Assembly: GCF_018977255.1 (NCBI RefSeq)
Contig: NW_024704742.1
Span: 66,094,001-66,158,000 of the forward strand
Direction of reading: 5' to 3'
Origin: Callorhinchus milii
Taxonomy: Eukaryota
Length of the DNA stretch: 64,000 nt
The notes below the pieces were generated by a model. The model saw only the letters and a list, made by a program, of their open reading frames with translations, ran no database searches and was not told where the DNA came from. Numbering within the stretch: position 1 is the stretch's first letter; each line of letters opens with the position of its first letter. Shown here in pieces: positions 37,125 through 50,541 of the stretch. The translations under genes were made by a program, and so were the position numbers.

Positions 37125-38431
37125 ATTTATCATTTATTGTTAAATATTTGAATATTATTTAAACAGGCAGATAACGAGGTCCCTGACTGAAGCCTGAGGT
37201 TCAGGCTGGATTCACAGTGAGAAAACAAGTAATAAGCAGCAGTTAACAGATTCAAAAGGGATTGTGGCTAAAAAAGAAAGAATCTGGAGGTTTTGTTGGT
37301 TAATGCACTGGCAACTGTTTGTTTCTAGATTTGCATTTGATTAACCCGCGGGCTTTGATGCAGGTCAGTGTTCCCATGGGCCCTCGAGAGCTTGAAGGAC
37401 AAATCTATTCGAAACGTGGCCCCTACACTTCTCCAGGCTGATCCTTCCCATCAGAGACACAATTCGGTTGCCATAGTGCTTGCCCGTTCCGCAGGAGCCA
37501 AGACTGTTTACAGTGCGTGACAGAACGGAATAAATTCTCACCCCTCCACCCCTTACACACACACCATACAAAGTCTCTCCAATACACCCCCCCCACCCAC
37601 TCCCTCCCCTCCACCTCCTGTTTATTACTTGTTTTCGCACTGGGTTTCCAGTCTGAAACTTGGGAATCAGCCAGCGAGCTTGGCATTCTCTTATTGCTAG
37701 GCGAAGGCAGCAGTGTTTCATTTACCTAAAATAATATCATTGCTGAGGTGCGGATGTCAATACTGATTCAAAGTTAACGTCATTCAATAAAATACAATAA
37801 ATACACCACAATACCTTGGTTTAGGGGAGAAATTTCATAGGAATTGCCCTGCAATTGCAGTGCATTGGCAACTCTTTATTTCTCTTCCCCGTTTCACCAT
37901 CTGTTCTCCATGTCTTGGAGCAATACCCTTGCATTTTAAGTAAACTGTCAAGCTCCTTTTGACGCATGTCTGGCCATGAAGGGCTGCGATTTTGGCAGCA
38001 ACACAACGATAAACGGACCGAAGGATCGGTCACAACAACAATAATTTGCAATCATATAGTGCCCTTCACACGGGGCAGCGACTTGGAGCGCTTGACTGAG
38101 GCAACGCCCAGAATAATAAATAATCTTTACATTTGGTGCAGTGACATGGCAAGAGGACATCTCAAAGCACTTCACGTGATAAAAATATAGTGACTGTATA
38201 TTTTGGAAATAAACGTGGTAGCCAATTTGTGCACAGCACAGAAACCATGAAATGAATGATCAATTTTATCTGGCCAGGACACCAGGAGAAACTCCCTTAT
38301 CTTTTCAAATAGTCCGTGGGATTTTTAACGTCCACCTGAACAGGCAGATGAGATCTTGTACCTTCGACAATCCTACACACACTCAGCATTACACTGGAGA
38401 GTCAGACTAGAGTGTGAGTGTGAGTTCAAAC

Positions 38432-38703
38432 ACGCCTCTGTTAACCTAGTAGTAAGTAGGAACCCGGTTGTTAGTCGATTGGTGAGTCGCTTTTCCAGAG
38501 GTAATAATTTCTTCAAAAAAAACTACTAATAATAAATTGGTCTCTTCAATCCACGACTGTCTGTGGGACACTGCTATGCACAATAGGCTGCCAAGTTTTG
38601 CCCACAAAGTACAGTCAATTCACTTTACAGTATATTCTGTGCTTTGAGACGTCTTGAAGACGTGATAAGCTGCTATATCAAATGGAAGGGTTATTATTAT
38701 TAT
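38432..38703 (+). mobile_element. SINE A, headless
   Basis: CACGCCTCTGTTAACCTAGTAGTAAGTAGGAACCCGG, followed by the tail. Confidence 0.85.
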
Positions 38704-39919
38704 CTTCGCTAGCACATGGTCAGCACACAGTCTGCACACACAATCAATGCACGCAGTCACACCGTTAGCACAGTCAGTGGTCAGTGCATACAGTAAGTGC
38801 AGCCAATGCACACACACACACACACAGCCAGTGCTGCAACCCAGATAATGTGATCTCACAGCTCACAATCAGCATTTAATACACTCTCACATTGTTCACC
38901 CTGCGAATCCCCAGAGCACAGCTCCGAGGAGTAACCTCAATCGTTGAATGAAACCTTTGGCACAATATTTACCTTTCAGACATGAATCACCATTTGTGTA
39001 CAGGACCATTTATCTTCTTGGACTTATGAAATTAATCTTTCAAGATCTCCTTGACATCTAGAAAGTTATCTCATGCATAGCAGCTGAGTCTGCATTGCCC
39101 CCTATTCCCCCTTGCCCTCCCACCACACAAGTAAACACTCTCCATTTGCAGACTACAAGGATCAAGGTTTATTTGTAAATTCACAAAGAGAAAGATATTT
39201 TTTCTCTCCCCACCCCCCTCTTTGACATTCCTTATCAACATTGTCCATTTCATGCTCCCCACAGAAGCAAAGCCATCAAAGTATCCTTTGTGCTGGGGAA
39301 AAAAACACCACTTTATTCTCCTCCAGCAAATACCCATCATTTAGCCAGAGCAGCGGGGAAGCTGAATGGTTTCAAGCCAGGGACAGACCCAGATGTATTC
39401 GAGCTTCTGTCAGACAATTTCAGTGCTTCACCTGATCTATGGCAACAAGCTGAGAAAAGGTCACTCGTGTTCATGTAGAATACACTCACAGGAGAGCCAC
39501 AAATCACTGGCTAAAATATCACACCGAAAGCGCCGCCTGGCTTATTGACGACTGGGGACCGTTTGCCTTAAACATACAGTAATGAAATTGACCGGGTAAA
39601 CTTACACTCCTGTAACCAGCACCGGATACATTAGATGCATTGAAGTGGGGCGGGGAGAAGCTTGCACTGTAACCATTAGCCTGAATGTTGCTGATCCTAA
39701 TGGAACAACAGGAGGCACTTAAATGCAAACTGAGCTGGTGCCTTGTGTGGCAACAACAACCACAACTTGCACTTACATAGCACCTTCCACACAGGGTAGC
39801 GTCTCAGAGGGCTTAACAGTGGCGGAGCCTGACTCCAAGCCGGGTGAGGGGAGTATGAGAGGTGACAATTGAGATGGTCCTTTCCTTATCATCGACATTC
39901 AAGCCTAGTGTTCACAACG

Positions 39920-40276
39920 CTGCATACTGTAAAGTGCAGTGACTGTGTTTTGTAGAGGAAATGCGACAGCCAATTTGTGCACAGGAATGTCCCACAAACA
40001 GCCATGAAGTGAATGATTGATATTTATCAAGGCACCAGGAGAAACTACCTTCTCTTTTCGAATTGTGCTATTGGACCTTTAACATCCACCTGAAGAGGCA
40101 GACGGGGCCTTGGCTTAACATCTCATCTGAAGGACGGCACGTCCAAAAATGCAGCACATCCCCACTTCTTTGGAGTGCCATGTCAAACTATATAAGGTCC
40201 AATCCCTATGTGGGCTTTGAACCCACGACTTTCTATCTCAGAGATGAGCATTCTACCAACTGAGCCAGGCTGACAC
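39920..40276 (-). mobile_element. SINE B
   Basis: Head GTGTCAGCCTGGCTCAGTTGGTAG on the minus strand, and Deu domain. Confidence 0.8.
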
Positions 40277-42179
40277 AAGCTCAATTGTTTTTCCCTTTTA
40301 TTTGTATTTGTCACGTCCTACCTTCTCGCTTACTATATCAAATGTAAGGATTATTATTATTAGTAGTAGTAGTAGTAACTTTCAAGACTTCATACACCAT
40401 TGCAGTTGAGTTGAATCTTGTTTTCTACATGTATCAGTTATAACCACTTACTTCTTGATCCTTTTGTCCTCTCGCCTGCTCTCTTCAACCTTCGTAGTTT
40501 CTTGCATCATCTTCCTGGTCATTCACTGAGCCAGTGTAAGACCCCCAAATCGCATCCTGTGCAACATATTATTTTCGGTAAATCTGCATCAATCAGTTAA
40601 ACCTCCTTATTTTACAGGGATAAGCAGGTGATAGCTGCAGCACTAACAGCCAGACATCCGGAGGAGATAGAACAGCAGAGGGCACCTGAAAGAGAGTATA
40701 ATGAAGCACAGAGAGAAATAGGAATAATAACCATGGATTTATGGGAGGGAGGTCACGCCTGAAACATCTACAAGGGGAAGTCAGTAAATGTTGTAGCCTG
40801 GCCTAGTTGGTAGAATTCTCGCCTCAATCCACAATCAGTGCCTTGGGATGTCCTCCCAACGTGAAAGGTGCTATATAAATGTAATTTTGTATTGTATTGC
40901 AGTCTGAAGATTATGGGTTCAAGTCCCACATCAGGATTGACACGCCATCACAGTGCTGTGTTGTTAGAGGTGGCGTCCTTTGGATATTGAATTCACACAG
41001 TCTAGGCTGACGCTCCAGTGCAATGCTGGGGGAGCACTGCATTGTCAGAGGTGCCACCCTTGGATGAGAATTTAAACTGCCTGTTTAGGTGGATGGTTTC
41101 ACCCACAAAATCCTTAGTCAATCCACTTCACAGTATATTCTGTGAAGCGCTTTGAGACATCTCGACGACATGATAAAGCGCTATATCAATGCAAGGATTA
41201 TTATTATCAGTAGCAGTATTATTAAGGGATTGGATGTGAATGCAAGTTGTCGTTGTTAGTCGAGAAACAGCTTTTCGAACTTCTTAAAAAGAAACCGGCT
41301 TCTAAGTGAAAACTGGATTGAAGGTCATTCAGGAGCTCTACCCCACCTGAGCCAAAATTGGCTTCAGGGGCTGGGACTATGGTGGAATCTGTAGCCTCTG
41401 AAGTGTGGGTAGCATATACGGAAGGATGGGCAGAATCAGAAGAAATAGTGTGTAGCTGTGCACTGTTACTGCCAGGGGAATGAATGAGGGGACTGGTGGA
41501 GTGTGACAGGGTTCACTGCTGGGGTTATTATTGTTTACATTGTGTAGGAATAATTTGGAAGTGGAAACAGAAACAAAGCTGTCAGTAGTGTCCAAACATC
41601 AGATTAACTCAGTGGGAGACACTCTTTCCACTGGGTCAAAAGATTGTGGGTTCACGGCCCTCCTCTCCTGACTGCTTGTTCAGGTGGATGGTAAAACTTT
41701 TTTTTGGTCAGCCAAGTGTCTGAGACATGCGGAAACCCATCACCACAGTAAAGATCCAAAGTCTTCCATTTATGCTACCCACACACGGAAACTTCCCGTG
41801 TCTGGAATGACTCTCTCCCGGAATGATGCCCAAACATTTCCCTGGTGACTGGGATGCCATCCCGATGTCAAAGCTTCCACATTCATGTAATTTGTTGTTG
41901 AAGACCCTTCTCTTCAACTGTGCCTTTGGTCACCCTCCACACCCTCCACAACTCCTGATCTCAACCACCAGCTCGGGTGTGAATCCCTGACTGTCCAGCG
42001 CCTTGCGATATCCTTCTGACGTCTTCCTCCAGGCGCTATACAAATGTAATTTGTTGTTGTTGTTGTTGATGCACTCTGCTTTGCAGCAGCCAAGCCAGAG
42101 TGCGTGTTGGGGTTACTGCACACAGCCTGCCATTGAGAGGATCATCTGGCAAGACATTAAAAATCCAGAGTCTCTATTT

Positions 42180-42548
42180 AATAATAATAATAATCTTTGC
42201 ATTTGATATAGCGCCTTATCCCATCTTTGAAATGCCTCAAAGAGCTTCACAGAATATATTGTAAAGTGAATTGACTGTATATTTTGTGGGTGAAACAGCA
42301 GTGTCCCACAAACAGTCGTGGATTGAATGACCAAATTATTATTATTTTTTATTTTTTGGGAGGAGGGATTATTATCCCCGGAAAAGCGATTCACCAATCC
42401 AAATAACAACTGGGTTCCTACTTGCTGCTAGGTAAACAGAGGCTTGTGGAGTAAGGAAACTTGCCCAACATTACGCTCTGCCCAGGAATTGAACCCGTTC
42501 CTCTCGCTTGCAAGGCGATTACTCTAACCACTGAGCTACAGCCCTCCA
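42180..42548 (-). mobile_element. SINE A, full length
   Basis: Family motifs. Confidence 0.88.
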
Positions 42549-42908
42549 CTAAGCTATTTAGAAAAAGAATGGAATTTGTCCCAGTGTTCTGGCCGGTTCA
42601 AACATTGAGTCCAACTTGCAGCTAAAAAGCCACTGATGTAATCCCAATGTAAGTAAAGGAGGAAAAAAGTTCCTGTGAGAAGTTTTAGATGTGATCAAGT
42701 ACTATAAAAATTTAAGGAATTTCAATCCTTGGAAAAATTAGAGAGCCACTGTCCATTGCTGTGTGGAATTGGCTGCCTTATTTCACCCACAACATACACT
42801 GTTAAATCTACTTTGCATTACATATTGTGAAGCACCTTTAGATGTGATAAAGCGCTATATCAAAAATGCAAGGATTATTATTATTATAAGGAAATAATAT
42901 AATAAAAG

Positions 42909-43220
42909 TAATAATATAATCCTTGTATTTGATATAGCGCTTTTCAAATCTTCTAGACGTCTCAAAGTGCTTCACAGAATATGCTGTAAAGTGAATTGAC
43001 TGTATATTTGTGGGCGAACGTGGCAGCCAATTGCGCACAGCAGCGTCCCACAAACAGTCGTGGATTGAAAATGACCAATTTATTATTGTTTTGTGTGGGA
43101 GGGATTATTATTAGGCGAGTGGGGTAAGGAAACTTGCCCAAGGTTTCGCCCTGCCTGGATCTGAACCCAGGTGTCTCACTTGCAAGGCGAGTGCTCCAAC
43201 CACTGAGGTACAGGACTCCA
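42909..43220 (-). mobile_element. SINE A short form
   Basis: Head, deleted middle segment and tail. Confidence 0.9.
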
Positions 43221-43266
43221 CCACAACAACAATGTGTATTTATATAATGCCCTTCATGATGAGGTA

Positions 43267-44054
43267 GCTCTCCACTTCTCAAAGCCGGTCAGGAACCTCA
43301 GCGTTCTGTTCGACCCTGAGCTGTCCTTTCGTCCTCATATCTGCGCCACAACTGGCACCGCCTTCCATCACCTCCGAAACATCGCCAGACTACGGCACAA
43401 CCTCACCCCTCACGCTGCTGAAACTCTGGTCCACACCTTTATCACCTCAAGGCTGGACTATGGGAACTCTCTCCTCGCCGGCCTTCCCGGCACCTCCCTC
43501 CACACTGCAGGTCATTCAGAACTCTGCAGCTCGTGTACTGTCCCGCACCAGGCTTCGCGACCACATCACTCCCACCCTCACTCGCCTCCACTGGCTCCCC
43601 ATCCCCAGAGGATCGAATTCAAGATCCTCATCCTCACCTACAAGGCCATTCACAGCCTCGCTCCCTCCTACCTCTCCGATCTACTATCCCCCTACCTACC
43701 TGCCCGTACCCTCCATTCCTCTGGCTCCGGTCTGCTCCACATCCCCCGCCCCAACCGCCCTACCATCGGTGGCCGGGCCTTCAGCCTCTCAGCCCCGAGG
43801 CTCTGGAACTCCATCCCCCAGTGCCTTCGCTGCTTCCTCCCTTTCCTCCTTCAAGGCCGGTCTCAAGACCTTTCTCTTTGACCGTGCCTTCAGCTCCCCT
43901 CTCGACTCTCTACCCCCTTCTCGCTCCCTCCCTTTCCTCCCCTCACTCTGACCATTTCCCTCTTGCTCGGGTCCTGATCCAACTGTCCAGCGCCTTGGGA
44001 CGTCCTCCCGACATGAAAAGCGCTCTATAAATGAAATCTTGTTGTTGTTGTTGT
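43267..44054 (+). mobile_element. Young L2 LINE, 5'-truncated
   Basis: ORFs 43234-43881 and 43460-43951 give KPVRNL.VLFDPELSF..TSRLDYGNSLLAGLP..LHWLPIP..IEFKILILTYKAIHSLAPSYL..GGRAFS..APRLWNS..FKAGLKTFLF. (TTG)n tail. Confidence 0.95.
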
Positions 44055-45611
44055 GAAGGGAAATGGATGGAGGATAGCAAGAGAGGATCAGAAGGGATGA
44101 AGGCTCATTTGCAATATTAACATCGTCATGGACTAGTTGGGTGAACGGCCTCTTTGGGTGCTGTACACTCTATATAAATCTATGTATGTAATATGTAAAT
44201 GATGCAGCCATGGGCATGGACCACTTTCAGATTCCACACAAGGGATGGGAGCGAGGTGGGTGACAAAACATTGCTTTGATGTCTGAAGAACTCAATTGGA
44301 AAAGGCTTGGAAAAGCATTCAGTGCAGAGTGGTCTTTTGAAGTTTTGGATCAAAGTGATCTTCGGTCATTTAAATCACATGAATTGGGAGAACACGTGAA
44401 TTGAATTACGTGATCATTTAAGGATGATTTATATGGAGCCTGCTACACTTGCAATTGTCACTTACATAATAATTATGCAAAGGAGCTGATTGATTTGTAC
44501 AGTCCTGATGTCTCATTGTTCACGTTAAACATTTCCCCGGAAAAATACACGGGGCTCGGAAATGTCATTAAAAATCAAAGCAAGGTTCTAACTAAAACGA
44601 TAGACACAGTGTAAATGGGAACACATTTTAATGTAAAGAGAGAAAAAGAGAATGAGAGAAAGAGAGAGAGTGAAGTCACCTCAAGATCACAAGAGGTTTG
44701 GTTGCTTGGGCTTTTTGATTGCAACTTCCAGGAACATCCACTTTCTTCTTCACATTTCTTAAATTAGTCCTAGGCTCGACCACCCTTCCTGATGATGTAT
44801 TTCAGCCATTAATCCCTCAGCTATAAAGAAATACTTCCTGGTGTCTATCACAAAATTGCTTGTTACAACACTGAACTCTGTCAACCCTTTTAAAACCTGT
44901 CTCAAAGCCTATCTCTTTGGCTATCTTTTGTAACCCCACCCTCTGTCCTCTTCCCCCACATCAGCCATCCGGCTCAGGCTCCCACTCGAGCTGTGGGTGG
45001 GAGCAGAATGGGTGCGGAGGGGAAAGATGACTGAAGGTGTAGTCAAAAAGTAGAACTTGAGATGGACCTTGAAGGAGGTGAGAAAGGGAACACGTTGGAA
45101 GGATGGAGTTCAATCAAGTGGGGGCAGATAGGCTGAAAGCATGATGTTCAAAAGTGGAGTGGGTCAGGCGGCGAACATGAAACAATCCCGCTGAGCAAAA
45201 CGAGTGGCCAGGTCAGTACGGTGGAGGTTACAAGATACATTTGATAGAATGCTTTTATAATGTTTACAGAAGAGATATTTGGGTAGTATTGAGGGGTATT
45301 ACAAAAGGGCTGGGCATTGAGATTAAAATGCCAAGATCTTATAAATTGATGGAATAGGCTCAGTGAGCTGAATGGCCTCCTTCTGTTTTCCTCTGTGCAA
45401 TTCCTTACCACAAATGTGCAATTTCTTATCACAAATGGCTGTAGAAGCCAAGCCAATAACTGCCTTCAGCAGGGAGCTGGATAAATAATAATACTTATAT
45501 TTGGTAAAGTGCCTTTCACATCAGGGGGATATCCCAAAGCGCTTCACAGGATATTCTGCGAAGTGTAGTGACTGTGTGTGTTTTGTGGGGGAAATACTTG
45601 AGGTAAAAGAA

Positions 45612-45988
45612 TACTCTCACCTCTGAAGCAGAAGGTTGTGGATTCAAGCTCCACATTGGGACTTGGAATCACATAGTCTAAATCTAAGCTGACACCCAAT
45701 GCAACACATGAGATGATAAACTGAGCTCTGCCTGTTCAGGTGGATGTTAAAGATCCCATGACACTATTCGAAAAAAGAGAAGGGAGTTTCTCCTGGTGTC
45801 CTCGCCAACAAATCCCCCAAATAAAATTGGTCACTCACTCCATGACTGTTTGTGGGACATTGCTCAATGCAAATTGGCTGCCACATTTCGCTCACAAAAA
45901 ATCCACTTTACAGTATATCCTGTGAAGCACTTTGAAATGTCTCGACGACAAGATAAGGAGTTATATCAAATGCAAGGATTATTATTAA
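45612..45988 (+). mobile_element. SINE B
   Basis: CTCTCACCTCTGAAGCAGAAGGTTGTGG, then Deu domain and tail. Confidence 0.8.
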
Positions 45989-47639
45989 CTGAAAGGTGTG
46001 GAGAAAGAGCGGGTTTGGGATTAGTGCAATTAACTGCAGTGGGGAGCACAGACACAATGGGTCGCTTTACCTCATCCTGTGCTTTAAACCTTTGTTGATT
46101 ATACTGTACATGGTCCAATTATTTTTGTGTGTGCATAGCTGGAGTTAACATTTTGAATTTATTCTTTTCATTCCTCCAGTTAAGCATTTTCCAGAGAACA
46201 TTTGAATCAAATAAATAACATTTCAGGAGCTGAGCTGACTGAAAAACGTTGGACTAAGCCACAAGGAATGTGAAAGAATGAGTCATAGACAAACAATTAT
46301 AAGAATGATTGGGATTAATACCAAGGAGCAAAGACAATTGATGCACTAAATAACACTAAATAATGAAAGGCATTGGGAAATAAATAAGTAGAGGAAGTTA
46401 GACATCAATGAATACAGTTGAGGACATAAATAGTTGCTCTCTGTTGTTATAGTAACAAGGCAGTCATGTGTGAACTGCAATCATGTTTATTGACTTGAGT
46501 TGGTGCCCACTGGGCATCTCTCGTTTGTGGTAGATGTGGAGATGCTCGAGCCACAGTTGGCGGTGAACTGTCAGGCCACTACAGTTAATAATAAATCTTG
46601 CATTGGTATATTGCCTTATCAGATCATCGAGACATCTCAAAGTGCTTTACAAGATTCGCGATAAAGTGGAGTGACTGTGTAGTGACTGTGTGTGTTTTGT
46701 CAGTAGACAAAAAAGGAACTATACCAAATGCCAGGATATTTATTATTGCTGAAGCCAAGTCTGTCCAAGTCTTGATGCCCTGATACTCGATTACTTAACA
46801 TAATGTGCACAGGGTACATTTTCCTCATGTTTCTGTTAAGATGAACTTCTTGTGCTGCTGCCTAACGTGACACTTGAGCTATGACGACCAGGAAGATGTC
46901 AGCTTAGCTCTCGCTTCTGGGTCAGGAGGTTGTGGGTGCCAGCTTGGTCTTGATACCCATAGTCAAGCCTGACACACCTTGGGGGTGGGGGGGGTGGGGG
47001 GTGGGGGAGGGGCGGGAGGGGTGGGAGGTTGTAGCTTCATTGTCAGACGTGTCGTCCTTCAGATGGAACATCAAACCAAAATGTTGTGTGAGGTGACATG
47101 AAATATCCTGTGACACTGACATTCAAATTGAAAATGGGATTTCTCCCAAGGCAACCAATGTTTCACAAACAGCCATGAAGTTAATGAGTAATTTTACTGG
47201 GGGATTTTTGGCCAGGACACCGGTGGAAACTCCATTCTCTTTTTAAATCTTTTTGAATAGTGCAATGGGATATTTAATGTCGTTGAACAGGTAGGCGGGA
47301 TCTTGGTTTAATGTCTCATCCGAAGGCCGGCAGCTCCAACAACACAGTGCTCCCCCAGCACTGTGCTGGAGTGTCTGAAGGCCATTAGCTAGTCCTACAC
47401 AGTGAAAATTGGACCTTGATTGAGGTGACACTGGTGCCATGAAACAATAACTCAGCTCTTCCAGGAACAAAGGAAAATGGGGTGAGGGGAGGGGAATGAG
47501 AGACAGATAGCACACAAGGATGGTGAGCAGGCTGAAAAATATTTGAGATGCAAAATGTGGAGCAAATTTATTTTGGATTAACATATGAGGAAAATCCAAC
47601 CATTGTTACCAGGGAATATAATATAATACAATACAAACA

Positions 47640-48050
47640 ATCAATTCTATAGCACCTTGGACATCCCAAAATGCTTAACAGTAACTGGTTATCCAAGCTG
47701 GGCATGGGAGCCAAGGTGTGTGTGTGGGGGAAAGATGACCGAAGGAGAAATCAAACGAGTAAGTTTTGAGATGAGGAGAGGGAGGGAGCGAGATGGACTC
47801 TGGGATGCAGTTCCAGAGAATGGTAACAGAAAGGATGAAAGCCTGAGCGCCAATGGTGGGGTGGATGGATGCGGGACATGAAGCAGATTGTTGCTTGCTA
47901 AGTGAATGGGTCAGGAGGGTTTGATGAGGTCACAGAGGTCAAGTGGGGTGAGATGTGGAGGGATTTAATGAGGGTCTTGAACTCGATCCATTGGAGGGTG
48001 GGGAGCCAATGGAGTCAAGTGAGGATGGGGATGATTGGATCGCAGAGTCT
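47640..48050 (-). mobile_element. Old L2 3' fragment
   Basis: AGGGTCTTGAACTCGATCC..GGGAGCCAATGGAG (reverse complement of LHWLP..IEFKTL). Confidence 0.6.
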
Positions 48051-48454
48051 GGAAAGCTCAAATATGATGTCCAGGAGGCTAAAGAAGTGAATAAAACATC
48101 AATAAATGTAATTACTTTGTAATCAATTCATTATTTCGCTGCAAGAGGTCTTACAGAAACTAATGGAACAGTTAAGCTCTTATAAGTACCAGGGCAACAG
48201 GAGTGAGTTAAAATTGATTGATCGGCATGGAAACTGCAAGGCTAGTTGCCAGCTGGCACAGTCTGCTCTGCAAGTAATCTCCCATTTCTGGCCAATGTGT
48301 GTGGGGCTTGATGCAGAATCTATGCCACAGACATCTCCCCTCACTGACTGACAACCCCCAATGTTGGAGTTTGAGTTTGTAACCTTATTCCAACACTCCA
48401 TGTCCAGCCCCTCAGAGAACCCTGGATGGTTGGAAGTGCCACCCTTCCATCCTT

Positions 48455-48893
48455 TGGATGGATGCTCTCACGCATTTCATTCTGAGCTGTGCTTCCTACC
48501 GAGAAGCTCGCAAGGAATTCCTGGTACCTAGCATCTATCTAGTGAGGACTCAAACCCACATTTGTTGGATGTCGAACAACCCACTAGTGACTATCCTCCT
48601 TGGGGAAGGTAAGCAAGGTCTGCTTGGAGATGGATTTCTCCAAGGTGAAATGTTGGAATCAAGCCAGCCCTCTGTGGCGATTTTGGTTGTCTGGTCCCTG
48701 AGCCAGGTGGGTCTGCAGTATTCCAGGGCTGCTGATAATATCACATCTGCAGACTGTTCATCTGGCTCATCTGTAGACCCGTCACTGGGGGGGCAGGTAA
48801 TCCTCCCACTTAGCTCTTGTTAATCCTGTAAACCAAAGCCCTAATGGGCAGGTGTGGTCCTAACTGGACAAGCTGCAGGAAAGCTTGCCAGAA
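48455..48893 (+). mobile_element. RTE-X-like LINE ORF2 C-terminal remnant plus start of the 3' UTR
   Basis: DALTHFILSCASYREARKEFL..TILLGEG resembles the HFLLxCxxYxxxR..LLGE zinc-knuckle terminus of RTE-X-type ORF2. The downstream DNA aligns to 21968-22285. Confidence 0.65.
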
Positions 48894-50134
48894 GCCAAAA
48901 TTCTGTCTGCCTATTCAGGTGGGCATTAAAGATCCCGAATTGTGATGCTATTCGAAAAGAGAAGAGAGTTTCTCCCAGCATCTCGGCTAACGATTCCCCA
49001 GATGAAATTGGACTTTCAGCCCCATGGGTTGTTGTGGGACATTGCTGTGTGCAACAACAGCTTACACCCACTTAGGTGCAAAGAAAGATCTTACAAACTG
49101 TCTCTTGACATTAGATTCGCATACAAAGCACACATTTTACAGTAACTCTTGTGAAGCACTTTGAAATGTCCTCCTAACATGAAAGGCTTTGTATCAAATT
49201 CAAGGATTAAAGGAGAAACTCTATTGTCTTTTTGAATGGTACAACATGACTTTCAACATCCACTTGTGGGTACCAGAAAATTTAACACTTTTCCTAGCTC
49301 TGCCCAGAAGAAACTCGGTGAGGATTTCGCAAATCAACCTTCCCCTACCCATCACACACACTTTTCTGACAAGCTGAAGAATGTAATATTGAGTTAGATA
49401 AACACTGATGGTTTTATCTTGAGCAGCGCAGAATTCGTCCGTAGGAGTTGTCACGATCAACAGATTATTTTTATCAAATCAAATGTTCTGCTCACTACAA
49501 ATCTGAAGATCAGTGTCGGATTGGAGAGGTGCATCAAGACATTTGTTGTTCATGAGAAGCTGCTGTGTATGTGCAAACTGCTGTTGCTAATGTCCGTTTT
49601 AAATGAAAGATTTCCAGATGAATGTTATCCTAAAATAGGGATGGGTTGTGTGTCATAGTCCTCAGCCTGTGATGTGTTGGTTGGACCAGTGTAACAGTCT
49701 TTTTTTCGGAACAAAAGATGCAGAAATTTCAAGGTTGCTATGGAGTTCGCTTCAACATCAATTTGCGGTAAGATATTCTAGAAACATAGGAAACCAGGGA
49801 CAGGATGAGGCCATTTAGTTCACCAAGCGTGTTCCATCACTTTATTGGATCTTGGCCCAATTTTTAACCCCAGTCGCCCTCCTTTTTCACCTTACCCCTT
49901 AATACCTCTACTACCCAAGTACAGTATTTGTCTATCTCACTTTCAAACATTCCCCATTGATTCCACCTCTACATCCTTCTAGTATGCAAATGGAAGTTTG
50001 CCTGCAAAATATGCAGTCACTTCACTCAACAGTAAATCCTGTGACGCTATATCAAATACAAGGATCATTGTAAATGTACCTCCTTTACTTTATAGCACTT
50101 TACCTGTGAAGCAGTGTGACACGTTTCCATGTTA

Positions 50135-50541
50135 TAATAATAATGCTTGCATTTGATAAACAGTCATGAAGATATCTCACAGCGCTTCACGGGATTTACT
50201 GTGAAGTGCAATGATTGTATTGTATAGGCAAACATGGCAGAAACTTTCAACCAATAATGAACCACAAGCATTCATGAAGCGAGTGACCAATATTATTTGG
50301 GGGACACTTTCTCTTTTTGATTAGCCCAATGGGATCTTAACATCTACCTGAACAGGGAGACAGGACCTCGGTTTAAGATTTCATCCAAAGTATGCCACGT
50401 CCAACAATGTAGCACACCCTACTGTATTGGAGAATCAGCCTATATGAGTTCAAAGTTCCAACGGGGTGCAGGGGAGGGGGGAGTTAAACCCACAACCTTC
50501 TGAGAGAAGGTGAGAAAATTCTCAACTGAGCCAGGCTGATA
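50135..50541 (-). mobile_element. SINE B, full length, diverged
   Basis: Tail, Deu domain and head. Confidence 0.75.
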
